57,238 bases of DNA, filler included, from Sphacelaria rigidula (GCA_964200075.2; 7 parts of 7 records of this genome joined end to end with filler, not necessarily neighbours in it); one strand, 5' to 3'; shown: positions 1 through 12,221, numbered from the whole stretch's first letter. The notes: generated by a model not told the origin, from the letters alone. Made by a program: numbers and translations.

Positions 1-48
<48 letters not shown>

Positions 49-65
49 GTAATAATAATAATAGT
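1..65. repeat. (AAT)n microsatellite at scaffold start
   Basis: Near-perfect AAT run. Confidence 0.95.
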
Positions 66-132
66 AAATGGATGGATGGATGGATTGTCGCACGCAATTG
101 ATGCCCGAGAGACCCAGCCGCTGTTGAAACAT

Positions 133-383
133 GGCACTCTTCACGATAGCTCGCCCCAAAGAAATGGCTGGTTTGGGGAGGCAACATCTACACGTAAATC
201 GAAGTGAAAGCAGCCAAGCACAACGAGCAGCTGAGAACTCTCTCGCTTGGATTCGTTTTCGCCAATGTCGCCCCCATATGAGGCGCTTCATGGAGCTCAA
301 GACCAAACATCAGACGCTGCATGGCCATTTTTTTCGTGACAGTTTTAGGCTGGTTTTGGGGGGTGGCTATCATAGAAAGTGTC
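133..383 (+). mobile_element. MITE family A (~250 bp), copy 1
   Basis: Ends resemble the TIR GACACTTTCTACGATAGCCCC; internal GCCAATGTCGCCC(C)ATATGAGGCGCTTCATG shared with copies at 5978, 21448 and 48004. Confidence 0.8.
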
Positions 384-469
384 AAACGTAACGTACCCCC
401 TCCAAAAAAAAAGTAGATAGAACAGCAAGGGCAGGTCGGGTAGAGTATGTACTCTTGAACACTCGGGTA

Positions 470-775
470 TTTTTTCTACCCTACGTTTGGGTACATTGGC
501 TACGGCCTTGAATACTCTACACAAATGTTGGGTACATTGGGTACGAACTCAAATACTCTTCCCAAATATTGGGAAAGCACTCTCAGCAATACCTGGTCAT
601 GGCGTATCACTTGGGTATGACCTCAATACTCTACTCAAATTTGGGTAGATTGGGAACGACTTCAAATACTGTACCTAAATTTGGGTGAAGTTTTCTCAGC
701 AGCACCTGGTAATAGACCATCACATGGGTAAATTGGATAGGATTTCAATACTCTACCCCAAACATTAGGTAAGGC
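470..775. repeat. Degenerate array of ~40-bp palindrome-containing units with a higher-order ~114-bp period
   Basis: AATACTCT(A)CCCAAAT-TTGGGTA-like units start at ~511, 552, 625, 666 and 747; the TCTCAGCA..ACCTGGT extension occurs twice. Confidence 0.75.
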
Positions 776-1880
776 CGTGTCTCGGCACGTCAAAAAAAGT
801 GTGGTGAGATTGATAATAGCGAATTCGTTCACTTCTCGCGACTTGCGTCCAAGCGAATTCGCAACCTTTCGATCGAAAAAAGACGGTGAAATTCGTGAAG
901 CGTTATTTCCTCAATTGTCGGCCGTACAGACAGTACTGACTGTGCTGCCTGCGCTGTTTGCATACAGTGTGCCTGAGTGTGAGTGTGTACATGTTTCGTA
1001 CAGTACGATGTGGAAGAGAAGCGGGCAACTTGCTGCGCGGACAGCGCAGGGCTCTCTGTACTCTCTGTTTACCGGGCGACGTGAAAAGGACTTGAACAAC
1101 GTGCAGCTTTGCACTGCCTGTATGCTATCCATGTACGCAAGTCCGCCGTCCATCCTACCACGCAGTTCCGTCACTGATCTCCACGATGAAAGAATATGTC
1201 CAAGTTGAATATAGGGCACTCTGAACAGATTATGTTTCATGCTGATAGCGCTATGCCGTATGTAGGCTAGACATGCCCTGTCTGTTTGTGTTCCCATGAC
1301 GATGCTACTTGACCAGAAACCGAGGGAGGTCATAGTTGCTCACTTTCCCTCCTGATTGCCATCTGCTATTCCTTTTTTTTTTGCCCTTCTTGTCCTTCTT
1401 GGATCTTTCTATCTGGCGTTGTTCGGTCTCCGGTGCGCAGGCTCTGTAGAGGATCTCTTTGAAGAGCACTCTAGGCAGTACATCTATGTTGTTCTACGCG
1501 ACGGTTTTGATTATCGGCTTACTCGCCCTTACTACACTGTGTATACACCTGTACGTGGCAAGGTAATCGGAGAGATCGCACGCGGGGACTTCTTAGATTC
1601 CAGTAGGTCTCCTGTAGTTCAATTGGTCTTAAACGGATTTATCGTGGTGTACGTGCCCTTTTTCGTGTAGATTTCTTGTTTCTTGCCTTCCTCTGCGGGC
1701 TGTTCGACTTAAGGGTATGGGTGGTATGTGGTATGCTTCTTGCACTCTGTGACCACGGGTTCCACGAGATCGGGCTAATCTGACGAACATAATAACAATA
1801 ATAACATCAGATCGGCATTTTGTTGTTTTCCACCGCATATCTTTGCTCGAAATAAAGGGCGTATCTCAACACATTATTTT

Positions 1881-2021
1881 TCGATCGAAAATATGCGGTG
1901 GAAAGGGAAAACTCCGATGAAATGGGTCGTCATTTCAACTGTTCGTAATTCTATATCGATAGTTGAAACTACGACCCATTACATCGGAATTATCATTTTC
2001 CATCGTACTTTTTTCGATCGA
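1881..2021. repeat. Imperfect ~60-bp inverted repeat (fold-back) with a 20-bp loop
   Basis: TCGATCGAAAA...CCGATGAAATGGGTCGTCATTTCAACT (1881-1940) pairs with AGTTGAAACTACGACCCATTACATCGG...TTTTCGATCGA (1961-2021). Confidence 0.85.
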
Positions 2022-2028
2022 TAATTAA

Positions 2029-2429
2029 TGATGCGCTAGAGAGGATAGTCCACGAGGTGCGGAAGTGAGAAGTACGACTGATCCGACCCGCGCTACCAAA
2101 ATGCGAGGAGTGTACCCCAGGAGATCTAGACCGCTTCATCCCTCTACAAGTCACACGCGAGTCCTGAATAGGGGAACGGGTTGAAAGTGTAGCGGATATA
2201 TATATATATATATATATGAGGAAGTTGTATCGCTAGGGTAAACAGAGACCTACGAGGGAGACTGTCGTTGGGGGTATCGTCCTGATGCCGAAGGATCTCC
2301 GAGGCTGGCGATGATTTCCTCTTGTAATATGTAGGGAAGAAGTGGGGTAGATGAAAAGTGGTCGCCAGGGGGCGACCAGTTCTTCTGGGGATGTTGGTCC
2401 GTCTTAATATCAGGCTCTTCCTGGCATCA
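2029..2429 (-). mobile_element. Putative LTR (TG...CA)
   Basis: TGATGC...GCATCA inverted termini, followed by CCCC (short PPT-like GGGG on the minus strand); no TSD seen. Confidence 0.4.
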
Positions 2430-3167
2430 CCCCAAGTTGTCTAGTATCGTCGATTTTAGCCATGTTTCGACCCAGTAATTCTCAGTAATTTCGGCTCAGT
2501 TTTTTTTTTAGCGAGCATCAGCACATCAACAGCTTTGAAAAAAACAAACTATAGCATCGTGGGCAACTCCGTTAGCGATATACGATCTGCCGGCCATAAC
2601 GGACTTTACCTTTGGCACAGAGGAAGTATATGCGAACGAAAATCACACACATCGGACTGGCGATCCAACCGCACTGTGGCAGCACCCCCACTCTACTGCA
2701 TAAGGTTACGTTGAATACCACCCCTCTTGATCCATGACATTCCCGGGCGAGAGAGGTCTTGGGGTCCATTCAGGAACGTGCATCTCGAGGCTGATACAGA
2801 GCACGGCGTGGCAACCATACAGCACAGTTATTAACGACCAGGGCCGAAGGATCAAAATGGGCAATTGTGACACCGAAGAATAAAGAATATATTGATTTGT
2901 TGCCATGTAAAATTGTACGCGTCAACCCATGAAACCCGCGCGTCATCCTCTAGACGACAGGTAAAATTGGATGATTCCTGAAAATTAAAAATAAATAAAT
3001 CTGGGCCGTACCTTTTTTACTTCCATTTTCCCTAGACCTTATTTGGGTAGTTAGCCTGTGACCATGGAGGGCGTCCACATGAGATACTGTTACGGAGTAC
3101 TATACTGCCCAGATATCAGAACGGCTTTTTGAAATGTGAAAACAACAACAAAAACATCATCACCATC

Positions 3168-3170
3168 ACC

Positions 3171-3244
<74 letters not shown>
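3168..3244. repeat. (CAA)n microsatellite
   Basis: Perfect CAA run; source of spurious poly-N/T/C ORFs. Confidence 0.95.
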
Positions 3245-3387
3245 AAATCGCGACGGTTGGATGTACAACAGTGGGTATCGCGACGGTTACAAAGCAGTAT
3301 TGTTCTACACATTGCGATTGTTAACCTGAACTGAAGAAAAGAAAAAGCACGCACTACCACATCATCAGGTGGGCAATCCTTACTCAC

Positions 3388-3543
3388 CCCTGCCGACGAC
3401 ACCACACCCTTCGCCCTCGCCCTGATGTGCGAACCGCCGGCGCCGATCGCCCCCGGACCCATTCCGTTAAGAGATATCGCCCCCTCGCACCTCTCTCGCA
3501 TTTGTTGGACGGTGCGGGATATTCGTCTGTCCACTTCCCTCAC
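3388..3543 (-). CDS. Internal exon (52 codons) of an unidentified helical protein, possibly Exo70-like; follows exon 4458-4620
   Basis: Acceptor ccgcgccAG|GTG, donor GGG|GTgagt; phase 0 matches the phase-0 end of the upstream exon; reads VREVDRRISRTVQQMRERCEG...VVSSAG. Confidence 0.65.
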
Positions 3544-4135
3544 CTGGCGCGGCATGGGATAATACGACATGGCACGGTACAACATAGCACGGTATGGCAC
3601 GATACGGTACGGCATGGCACGGTATGACATGATACGGTCTAGTCGAGCCTCGTGGTGATCGGCACTCGAAGCTGTTCGCGGGGTATGTATTGGGTGAGAG
3701 TTCCTCCTTTTTTCAAGGAACACACACAAACACACCCACACCCACCCACACAAACAGGTACACACACTGATGTGTGATTTCTTCTCGAAGAAGGGAACCT
3801 CTCGAAAACAAGCAAGTCAAACGAAAAACGCGATTGTCACACACACACATAAAAAAAAGTCATAACGTGCTGCACGGTGCGGCACAGCCCGAAACAGACT
3901 GATGACAAAATAAAAGAAAAAAAGAATACAAGAAAAAAAAAAAATGAAGCTGCACTGGAAGTACAGTACGTGGAGCAGCAACATTTTGGACCCGATGATT
4001 GCTTGGAATGAAAACATAAACACAAGCTGTTATATTGATTTGATATATTGATTGTTTAATTGACCGATTGTCGCCTGACAGTGATCCCCGAGGGATCCAG
4101 CCGTGGTCACAGTGCCAGATATAAAATGAGGAGTG

Positions 4136-4389
4136 ATGCTACGGCAGAGGTGCACAACTATTTTCTGAGTTCAGAATTGTCAGGAGCCCTTCATCTAATC
4201 CAAAACACGACTTTATGAAATATGTGAGAGTACCCCAGGATTACTATTCCAATGTGCTATACTAGGGATATCCAGAATGAATTTGCAAACGAGGATGCCC
4301 TGACCCATATTCCTGTGCATATAGAATCGTTCGTGGAGCCTCTGAACCAGGCAAGAGTCTGCGCCAAAAGTGCACCCCTACCGTAGCAT
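4136..4389 (+). mobile_element. MITE family C (~250 bp), copy 1
   Basis: TIR ATGCTACGG(T/C)AG(G/A)GGTGCAC ... GTGCACCCCTACCGTAGCAT; colinear with 42084-42331. Confidence 0.85.
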
Positions 4390-4457
4390 TGCTCTGAGTC
4401 CTAAGACAACAGCCAGCTAAACAACACGCAAAACACACCGACATCCTGTCGACTCAC

Positions 4458-4620
4458 GAGCTTTTCGATAACCGCCGCCACCACCATGATGAACGCGTTC
4501 TCCGCCTCCTGGGCCTGACCCTTGAGTCCCGCCCCTTCCAACGGAACAGTGTCCTTGAGCGCCCTCTCCCACAGCAGCCTCTCCGCCGTCACAAGCTTGG
4601 TGCAAAAATCCACATAAAAC
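4458..4620 (-). CDS. Internal exon of an unidentified helical protein, possibly exocyst Exo70-like
   Basis: Acceptor atgctcAG|G, donor CTC|GTgagt; GC-rich codons; reads FYVDFCTKLVTAERLLWERALKD...AENAFIMVVAAVIEKL. The product call is by-eye resemblance only. Confidence 0.65.
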
Positions 4621-5977
4621 CTGAGCATTCCATACAACAAAGAGAGACGTTCATGAGATTTTCGTGCTCGACCATTTCAGGGACTCGGAAGACATCACAC
4701 GCTTCCTTTGTTTTCCAACGGGAATGATTTTTGTCTTTCGGTTATGTTCGGAATCGTGGAAAATGATAGCACACCAAGCTGCCTTCGGACAGTATCCTTT
4801 TTTTTTCGATGGTGTTCGGAAGTCTGTAGAGAATGGTACCCCTCTAAGTCATTTTCTAGAGAAACTGGGGGTTGAGAAAAAAAAATTACAGGGGGGGGGG
4901 GGGGGGAACCCAGCGCCCTTGAGGGAGAACAACCCCGGGACAAAAGAGTACAGGCAAAACGTTTCCTGCTTACAGTNNNNNNNNNNCTGGACTAAGCAGG
5001 AACGGAGAGGGTCGAACGCCGGGGTGGGGGGGGGGTGGGAATCCAGCGACCTTTGAGGAGTACACACCCTGGACAAAAGAGTACAGTCAAAACGTGTACT
5101 GCGTACAGTATCGACTATTGCGCCTCCTGCAATAGACAATAGATTCCATACTGTACGCAGTACATTTTTTTTCAAAATAATTTTTTGTCAAGGGTGTGGA
5201 GGGCTGTACCATTTCCTAAAATTCCAAACACAATCGAAAACATTGCGTGCCCATTCTTCAGCACCCACCGTTCCCTCTTGCTCAAGTTTGTATTCTTGTT
5301 ATATTCAGCAAGTGTGTGTGTGTGTGTGTGTTTCGCTTCTCGCTTCATTTCCCTCGGGCACATCTCAACCGGGTTACAGCGGCTGGATTCATAGCACCGG
5401 ATCAAATGAAACAACTGTCAACACCAACAAACGATCACCCAGTGAGGAAAACAAACAAAACACGCGTCCAAAACAAACGTCACATAATAACGCACGCGTC
5501 ACTTCTCCCATGTTTTCTCGAGAGGTCAGTCAATCTGCGCTGTCCGTCATCATGCTGCCCCCAACGGCATGTAATTAGGTGCGTGAGAGTTTGCGCGAAT
5601 TGATTGATTGATTGATCATCTCACATGAACTGATTGCAACAATCCAGCCCGTGGTCAGGAGCAGTAAAAAAAAAAAACAGAAAAAAAGACAGAAGCAACA
5701 GCCACAGAAAGGGAATAAGAGAGGAAGTAACGACAACAATAAAAACAACACCACCACCGACAACAACAAACAACAACAACGTGCCTCGATGATCCTCGTT
5801 GGTGCGCTTTCGCACATCATGTCAAAAGGCACGAACAGAACCGTAAAGAGCAGCGCTGCGGTGGTGTAACGGTACGGTACTACTAAAAGGCTACCGCGGG
5901 TGGAATAGCTCTTGTAGCGCGAGTTCGATGAATTCCCGCCAGGTGCGTTTCGAGGATTTCCTTCAAGTAGAAACTAT

Positions 5978-6228
5978 TACGATAGCCCCCCCGCCCCCCC
6001 CCCCAAAAAAAAAAAACAAGATGCCTGGTTTGGGAAGGCAAAATCTTGCACGTAAATTGAAACGGAAAAGCCGATCACAACGAGCAGCCGGGAATTCCCG
6101 CGCTTGGGTTCGATCTCGCCAATGTCGCCCATATGAGGCGCTTCATGCAGCCTGGAACCAAACATCAGGCGCTGTATGACAATGACCATTCGTCTCATGA
6201 CTCTGGTGGGCTGGTTTTGTGTGTGTGT

Positions 6229-6260
<32 letters not shown>

Positions 6261-6466
6261 ATGAGTAAGAAAAGGTTGCTTGTTTTTTAATTTTCTGGAA
6301 CCCCGAAACGAAAAACGTTGGAAATTACGGANNNNNNNNNNCGAAAAACAACCCACAGGCGCTTTATCAAAATCCCCTTTTGTCTATCTCTTTTTGGGGG
6401 TTGTTTTGTTGTTGGGGGGGGGGGGGGGGGGGGGAGGGGAGGGGGGGTTATCGTATAGAAAGTGTC
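5978..6466 (+). mobile_element. MITE family A, copy 2 (spans poly-G and a 10-N gap; possibly two overlapping copies)
   Basis: TACGATAGCCCC start, conserved internal block, TAGAAAGTGTC end. Confidence 0.65.
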
Positions 6467-7290
6467 CGTAGTATCTAATTTTCTGAGGCCCCGCAAAGTA
6501 CAGCCTGTGAACTTGTGCCAGTAGAGTTAACGCGAGCATCGTATCTTTTGTGAGGCTTGACAGTACCGTGTGCTCCCAGCGTACGCAGAATGTGTTTTTC
6601 GTCGAAGTCGGCGCCTGTTGCGCCGATTCAAGCTCTACCAAGCCGACACTTTGCCTAGGTAAACCTGTGCACCTCCCTTGCCAGAGGGTTCTTGGTATGC
6701 TTGTGAAAGCGGAAGAGGTCGTGTGTAACAAACACAGCCTGTCTGGCTGAGTTTGTTAGACGACAGCCGACGCCGTGCGGGAGCAGGCGCTGAGCCAATC
6801 ACTCCGCGAGACCAAAAAGCAAGCAGGCGTGTACCGGGAGAGAGATGGGTTGCTGAATTCCTTGAGATCAACGACTCGTCCCGAGGAAGGCGAGGGCGTA
6901 AACGTGTGGCGAAAACCTAGTAGAGTAGAGTAGATGAGAGAAGAGAAGAGTATATCAGTTTCGTTTGTATTGTTTCAGGGGTGTACCCGAAAATGTCGCC
7001 AAATGTGATCATATACACCTGCAACATGGCCAACTATTTCGCAAGCAGATATGAAGGGCACCACATCCGGGGGACTGTTTTTAGTCTGGCATCTCTCTCA
7101 GTAAGGTCTGTTTATTTTTTCACATCTTCTCTTTTCTTCTTGTATGCTCCGAAACAACTGAGCCACGATTATTCTTTTCCTTTTTCACCTGAAGCCATGC
7201 TTGAGGGGGGGAGCAGGGGGGGGAGGGGGGCGTATTCATTTGTTGCTTGCCTTAGTCATTCGACCATTGACCACGCATCCCTTTCGAGAT

Positions 7291-7894
7291 GGGGGGGGTG
7301 TACTCATGATCTTGCATGCCGGAGACATAAGACCATTGGCCTCGCATCCCAACAACGCCGGGACGTAGCACACCGGGTTCTCGACGGTCGAGACTCGCAA
7401 ATACCAAGCGCAAAGCATCGTGATGTGTGTGTTCGGGGAGCAGGGGGGGGAGGCGTACTCATTTGTTGCTTGCCTCAGTCATTTGGCCATTGACCACGCA
7501 TCCCTTTCGGGACGGGCACCAGGACGATCGTATGCAGGGCTCCCAATTTTTTTGCCCCAGGAGCAATTCCTCCTCCCCTCCCATGAGACACCCATGAGGC
7601 AGTGTAGAACTCGTGGCTGTCCCTGGAAGTGGCCATTCCAGGCAACGAATCAGCTCATTGTGGGCTGTCATCCAAATGCAATATAATCAGTACGCCCCCA
7701 ACCGAACAGCCTTAGCAGGATTCATCTTCAGCCCATCCCTCATGCGACTCGCCGAACACACCGCGGCCTTTCGCGCTCGGTGAATGAGTGCGAGCCTGGT
7801 CCGACGAAAACCCGGCGTGCTCCGTCCCGGCTTTGTAAGGATGCGAGGTCAATTTTCTTATGACTACGGCACGCAAGATCATGAGTACACCCCC
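7291..7894. mobile_element. Non-autonomous element with ~120-bp TIRs (Mutator-like architecture) among related TIR fragments
   Basis: GGGGGTGTACTCATGATCTTGCATGCC...(7291-7410) is the inverse of 7775-7894; related end GGGGCGTACTCATTTGTTGCTTGCCTTAGTC...CCACGCATCCC at ~7226, 7450, 7928, 11392, 11474, 33141(-) and 40957(-). Confidence 0.7.
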
Positions 7895-8092
7895 TCGCGC
7901 CCCCCCGGTGGTCTTGGGGGAGGGGGGAGGGCGTACTCATTTGTTGCTTGCCTTAGTCGTTTGACCATTGACCACGCATCCCTTTTGAGACGGAGCACAG
8001 GGGGGAGGGGGGGGGGGGGGGGGGGGGAAACCAAATTTTTGTCCCACCGTTTCAAAGGCCCCCGCACCCCCCCTTGCCTCTCCCCCAAGCTT

Positions 8093-8192
8093 NNNNNNNN
8101 NNNNNNNNNNNNNNNNNNNNNNNNNNNNNNNNNNNNTTAATTAATTAANNNNNNNNNNNNNNNNNNNNNNNNNNNNNNNNNNNNNNNNNNNN
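8093..8192. other. Artificial scaffold-joining spacer (44N + TTAATTAATTAA + 44N)
   Basis: Identical 100-bp spacer with stop codons in all six frames, recurring every 8191 bp. Confidence 0.98.
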
Positions 8193-8867
8193 CCCCCCCC
8201 CCCCCCCCCCCTTCTTCAACAGTACACACCAAAAACAAAAAAAAAAAGTGGCCCCCCCCCCCCCCCCCCCAACCACGTCGATACAGACCAGCGCCTGCGG
8301 CGGGATCACGTCCTGCTGACCTGCCGACGATTGACGACTCTGCGGAGGACGAAGCCCCGATCAATGACATCTCGAGCACCAGTGACTCCCCTGTCCCACA
8401 GCCTTCCACTCCCGACGAGTTTTTTTGCGATGTCGAAGCTGCAGAGGCTGATCAATTGTCGGAGCTCGCCCCCCTTGTACCCTACCTTCCGAGGGTGACA
8501 ATCCAACAGGCACCATCCAAGATGCCTACGACTGTCTCCTTGGGTCCCACGTCGAAAGTAAACAAAAACGTTTGTTCTCCCGCTAAGATTTGGGGCGAGA
8601 ACAATGAGCCGAGCCTGCGTGCCGCACAGCAATACTTTATCTGTCCCAAAACTGCCCACTCCAGTTTCCCTCCGCGGGTATTCTCAAACCCGTCGGACGG
8701 CGCCCGGCACCCACACAGGATGAAGTTGTTGAGCTGGCCCGCAGAAGCAAAGTGCACATGGATGATCACGGCATTGTAATTTTGATCCGCAAACCCGCGC
8801 TGGCACCTCAGTCAGACCGTCCTACCGGTAGGCTCGGTCACTCGGTCAAGAACCCCTTCGCATTTAC

Positions 8868-9215
8868 GTGCCATTGTTGATGCCACCATGGGTTCTGCAC
8901 GAGTGTCATTCCAACGCTTCGACCCATCTGGGTACAATTCAGATCATTCTACTGGTGAGTACCTATATCATTGAGCGGTTTTACTGGTGGACAGGTATCG
9001 ACCAATGTGTTCGTTGGTGGGTATGTCATTGTTTGATTTGTCAGGCGCGCAAGACGTTTCGCCAGACGGTGCGTTGGCCAGTCGTCTCAATACCGCTCCC
9101 TAACGGGCTCGGTCAAGTTATATCTTGGGACTATTTCGGACCGTTGCCTCTCACGGAGAGTGGCAACGAGTAGATTTTGTTGATTACGGATCGACTCAGT
9201 CGTCACGCCGTCATG
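8868..9215 (+). pseudogene. Degenerate Ty3/Gypsy integrase (HHCC zinc-binding domain and start of catalytic core)
   Basis: WVLHECHS..THLG...RFYWWTG...CLICQARK...ISWDYFGPLPLTESGNE*ILLITDRLSRH; in-frame stop, truncated. Confidence 0.9.
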
Positions 9216-9539
9216 CGTTCTGTCTCGGAACCCAACTGTTGTTACAAACAGACTGGGTAGGATCCTCTCTTGCTTTTCCGTACACTAGTTCGTTTTTACT
9301 ATCGTCCCAAGTGCGTAGGTCACCATGACAGCTGCACAAGCACTGTGATGGTGGATCTTCGCACGACGGGGCATAACATGAAATTTAGTTACTTCAAACG
9401 AATATGCGGCATATTTATCCACACACAGCACGGTATGCATTGACTGAATATACTTGCTCACCATTATCGAACAGCAAAACGGTATCCAGCACAAGGGACG
9501 ACCAGTTCAACGCAGAACAGCTCATCCTGAATGTCAGGG

Positions 9540-9852
9540 TGTCGTGATCACAGCTTCAGGCAATGATATCTCTCTTTTGTAGTGGTGGCTTTGATTGCCT
9601 CAATACATTCACATAAGCTCGTAGCTCGTTTTGCTCACGTAGAGGGTGTAAAGCCAGGTCACGCCGGGTTATGCAACCACGGCGCGAAAGCAGGCGTGCC
9701 TGTAACCGTTACAAACGGACACACTCCTTCTCCTCTAGTTGGGGTATCCGCAGGTCACATTAACTAACCCTCCGAGCCCGTCAGTTGAATAACTGGGCTC
9801 ATCCTCGTATTACCCTTCCACAAGTACACCGCGATCCATGACACCCCCCCTC
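9540..9852 (-). mobile_element. 3' LTR (9540-9843) with polypurine tract of a minus-strand LTR retrotransposon
   Basis: Minus strand reads GAGGGGGGG|TGTCATGGATC ... GATCACGACA (TG...CA, imperfect inverted termini). Confidence 0.7.
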
Positions 9853-12056
9853 AGACCTGGGGTTGAAAAACCCTGGGACTGAACATGGTTTGACGATGGA
9901 TCGCCGCGTCACCGTGTTCCTCTGTTACAGGGCAAAAAATGACGTTGTAGAGAAGACTATGAAGTGATTCAACTTCGTGTCCTGACACCTCAACCCGCTC
10001 GAGGATGAGACACTAAAACAATGGGATAGGCAATTGCCTGTGACCCCTATCCGCTTAGAAGAAAAGCAAACCCCAAACGATCTCTGACAGCAATATTCGC
10101 ACTTGATAATGAACTGCACTCGACCACAGCTGAGCACTGAGTACGACGCCACCCACCCTTCGCCAAGGATCGACCTACATGCTATACGCAGTGCTCATTG
10201 CGTGCCGCCCTTCTGCAGAGCTGATCGCACTCGACAGGGAAGATCTACCTTTGATTGGACTTATTGCATTATTACTGTAGACGTTGTAAGCTGTAATAGA
10301 GGGTCCTCGGATGCCTTGCGGGCACAATGCAGCCCAAGTGGAGCCTACCTCGCACGCCCGACCAGTGCATAATTTTGCCTGTGCGACATGGTGCCCAATT
10401 TCCGAGAGAGCAGGAGAGGAGACAAACGCACGCACTCAGCACCAAGTTTCGAGGATGAAATGAAGATGTCAGTTCGGTCCGCAGAAACGGTATGGATTGC
10501 CTTCAAGATCCAAATAGATGGCATGATGAGGAGAGTGCATCTAGCTGCACAGAGTTCTCGCCGCTGGCAGAACACGGACATAAGTCGAATAAACCCATGG
10601 GTGATGAAACCACGAGAAAGATGCGCATGAAGCTCCTTGTCAATTCGCAACCCCTACCATGTGTCCACGCACATCGCTCAAGTGGTCTTTTGCGAACCTC
10701 TCGCCACCACAAAATACACAATTCATAACGTCACCGCACGATTCTCAACGGAACGCGTCGACAAAGCTGAAAATGGACAGAAAGCCATCAAACGATGAAA
10801 CTCACGTGGTGGCAAGCCCTTCAGGCGCCTGCTGCGCCTACAGCCCTGGGCGGTACCTGTACGCCCGGCACCCCTCTGCGTCTATTCCCCTCCGCCCCTC
10901 GCATCCCTGGCTCGCGCACCCGTTATCCTTTGGCTCACTGCCTGCCCCTCGTCCGCACTCCCACTCTCCTCGCCTTCTCCTGCCGCGTTGTTCCAGGTCT
11001 GCACCTCTACGGTGGCTGCGCGGTTTGCGGCGCACGCCTGACAAAAAATGACGGAGTATAGACCAAACAGGTGGGCGAGAGGGATGTAAGGCATACAAAA
11101 TGTAACACGGCAGAATTTGCGCACGACGCCGTTCGATCGTAGAGTGCTACAAGTCGGAGAGTACACTACAGTACGGCGGACCACACCCTTTTACTACACT
11201 GCCTTATTTTGACGACTAGGGTGTCCCGTACAGCGATGAAGAGCCAGGAAAAACAGAGAACGAGCCAACGCGTACATGAGGCGGTACCTCGCCGGGATAA
11301 AAGCGGAGGGGTCCGGCAGCTGGGGTTCTATACTGCTTCGAGTTTGAACGTCCTTCGGTAACCAACCCTACCTTGATCTTCGGCGCCCCGGGGGGGCGTA
11401 CTCATTTGTTGCTCGCCTTAATCGTGTGACCATTGACCACGCATCCCTTTCGAGACGGAGCACCCCCGGGGGGGGGGGTGTACTCATTCGTTGCTCGCCT
11501 TAGTCGTGTGACCATTGACCACGCATCCCTTTCGGGACGGAGCACCGTTCCTCCTCCTAATAGAGACACCTCCAACCTTCCGGCGCTCATTACGTTTCTT
11601 CACCAGCTCACCACGTTTCTTCCATACATTACACAAAAACCGTTTACATATTTTATCCCCGTCCTGTTTCGCCGTCTCTGGCCNNNNNNNNNNGATTTCA
11701 TGCCACTTTCGTTCACGCCCCGCATTTCCCCCTCTAGCACGTCCCGTTCCTCCTTGTATAGTTCACAGCACCCGGGGGGTGGGAAAACAAAGGAAAGCAT
11801 TATCTTTAACACAGTTGAGCACTGGGTGATTCTCTAACGTATCGTTGGCTGCCTACCAAAAACAGTCTTGTACACGATGCCATGGACTGTGCCTGTAGAA
11901 TCAGTCGGGCCGAAAAGGCTTCGTTATTATTGGCCGCCGCATTGCAAGTCCTCTGCCGTCTGTAGCCTCTGCCAGACGATCTGGACAAAAGGACTATCCA
12001 CGAGGGACTCCTCCAGTAACATTGGCCTCGTGCTCGACAAGTCCTTTTTTCTCAAT

Positions 12057-12221
12057 TGTTATTATTACGGAGTGATCCTCTACAGACCACATCAAGAGCC
12101 AGACAGCAAGAGGCCACACAGATAAGGATAATCAATCCAGGATCCCCTGTCCCCTGCCACTGCTCCAATCATGCATGCGGTTATATTGAAACCTACGGCT
12201 TGGTATAACTTGGCTATAGCA
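12057..12221 (-). repeat. Candidate 3' LTR of the Gypsy element
   Basis: Minus strand GGGGG|TGCTATAG ... TAATAACA, ~110 bp after the pol stop at 12335. Confidence 0.5.

Noticed and set aside
470-775. CRISPR-like repeat/spacer appearance
   Set aside because: Units are degenerate, the intervening sequences are homologous to each other, there are no cas genes, and the context is eukaryotic
3129-3329. Poly-Asn, poly-Thr and poly-Cys ORFs
   Set aside because: Translations of a (CAA)n microsatellite
4845-5110. Direct duplication (ACAAAAGAGTACAG.CAAAACGT) on both sides of a 10-N gap
   Set aside because: Probably the same sequence assembled twice from low-quality reads through a G run
8137-8148. 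Recurrent TTAATTAATTAA palindrome every 8191 bp as a biological periodic motif
   Set aside because: Always embedded in 44-N blocks; artificial linker
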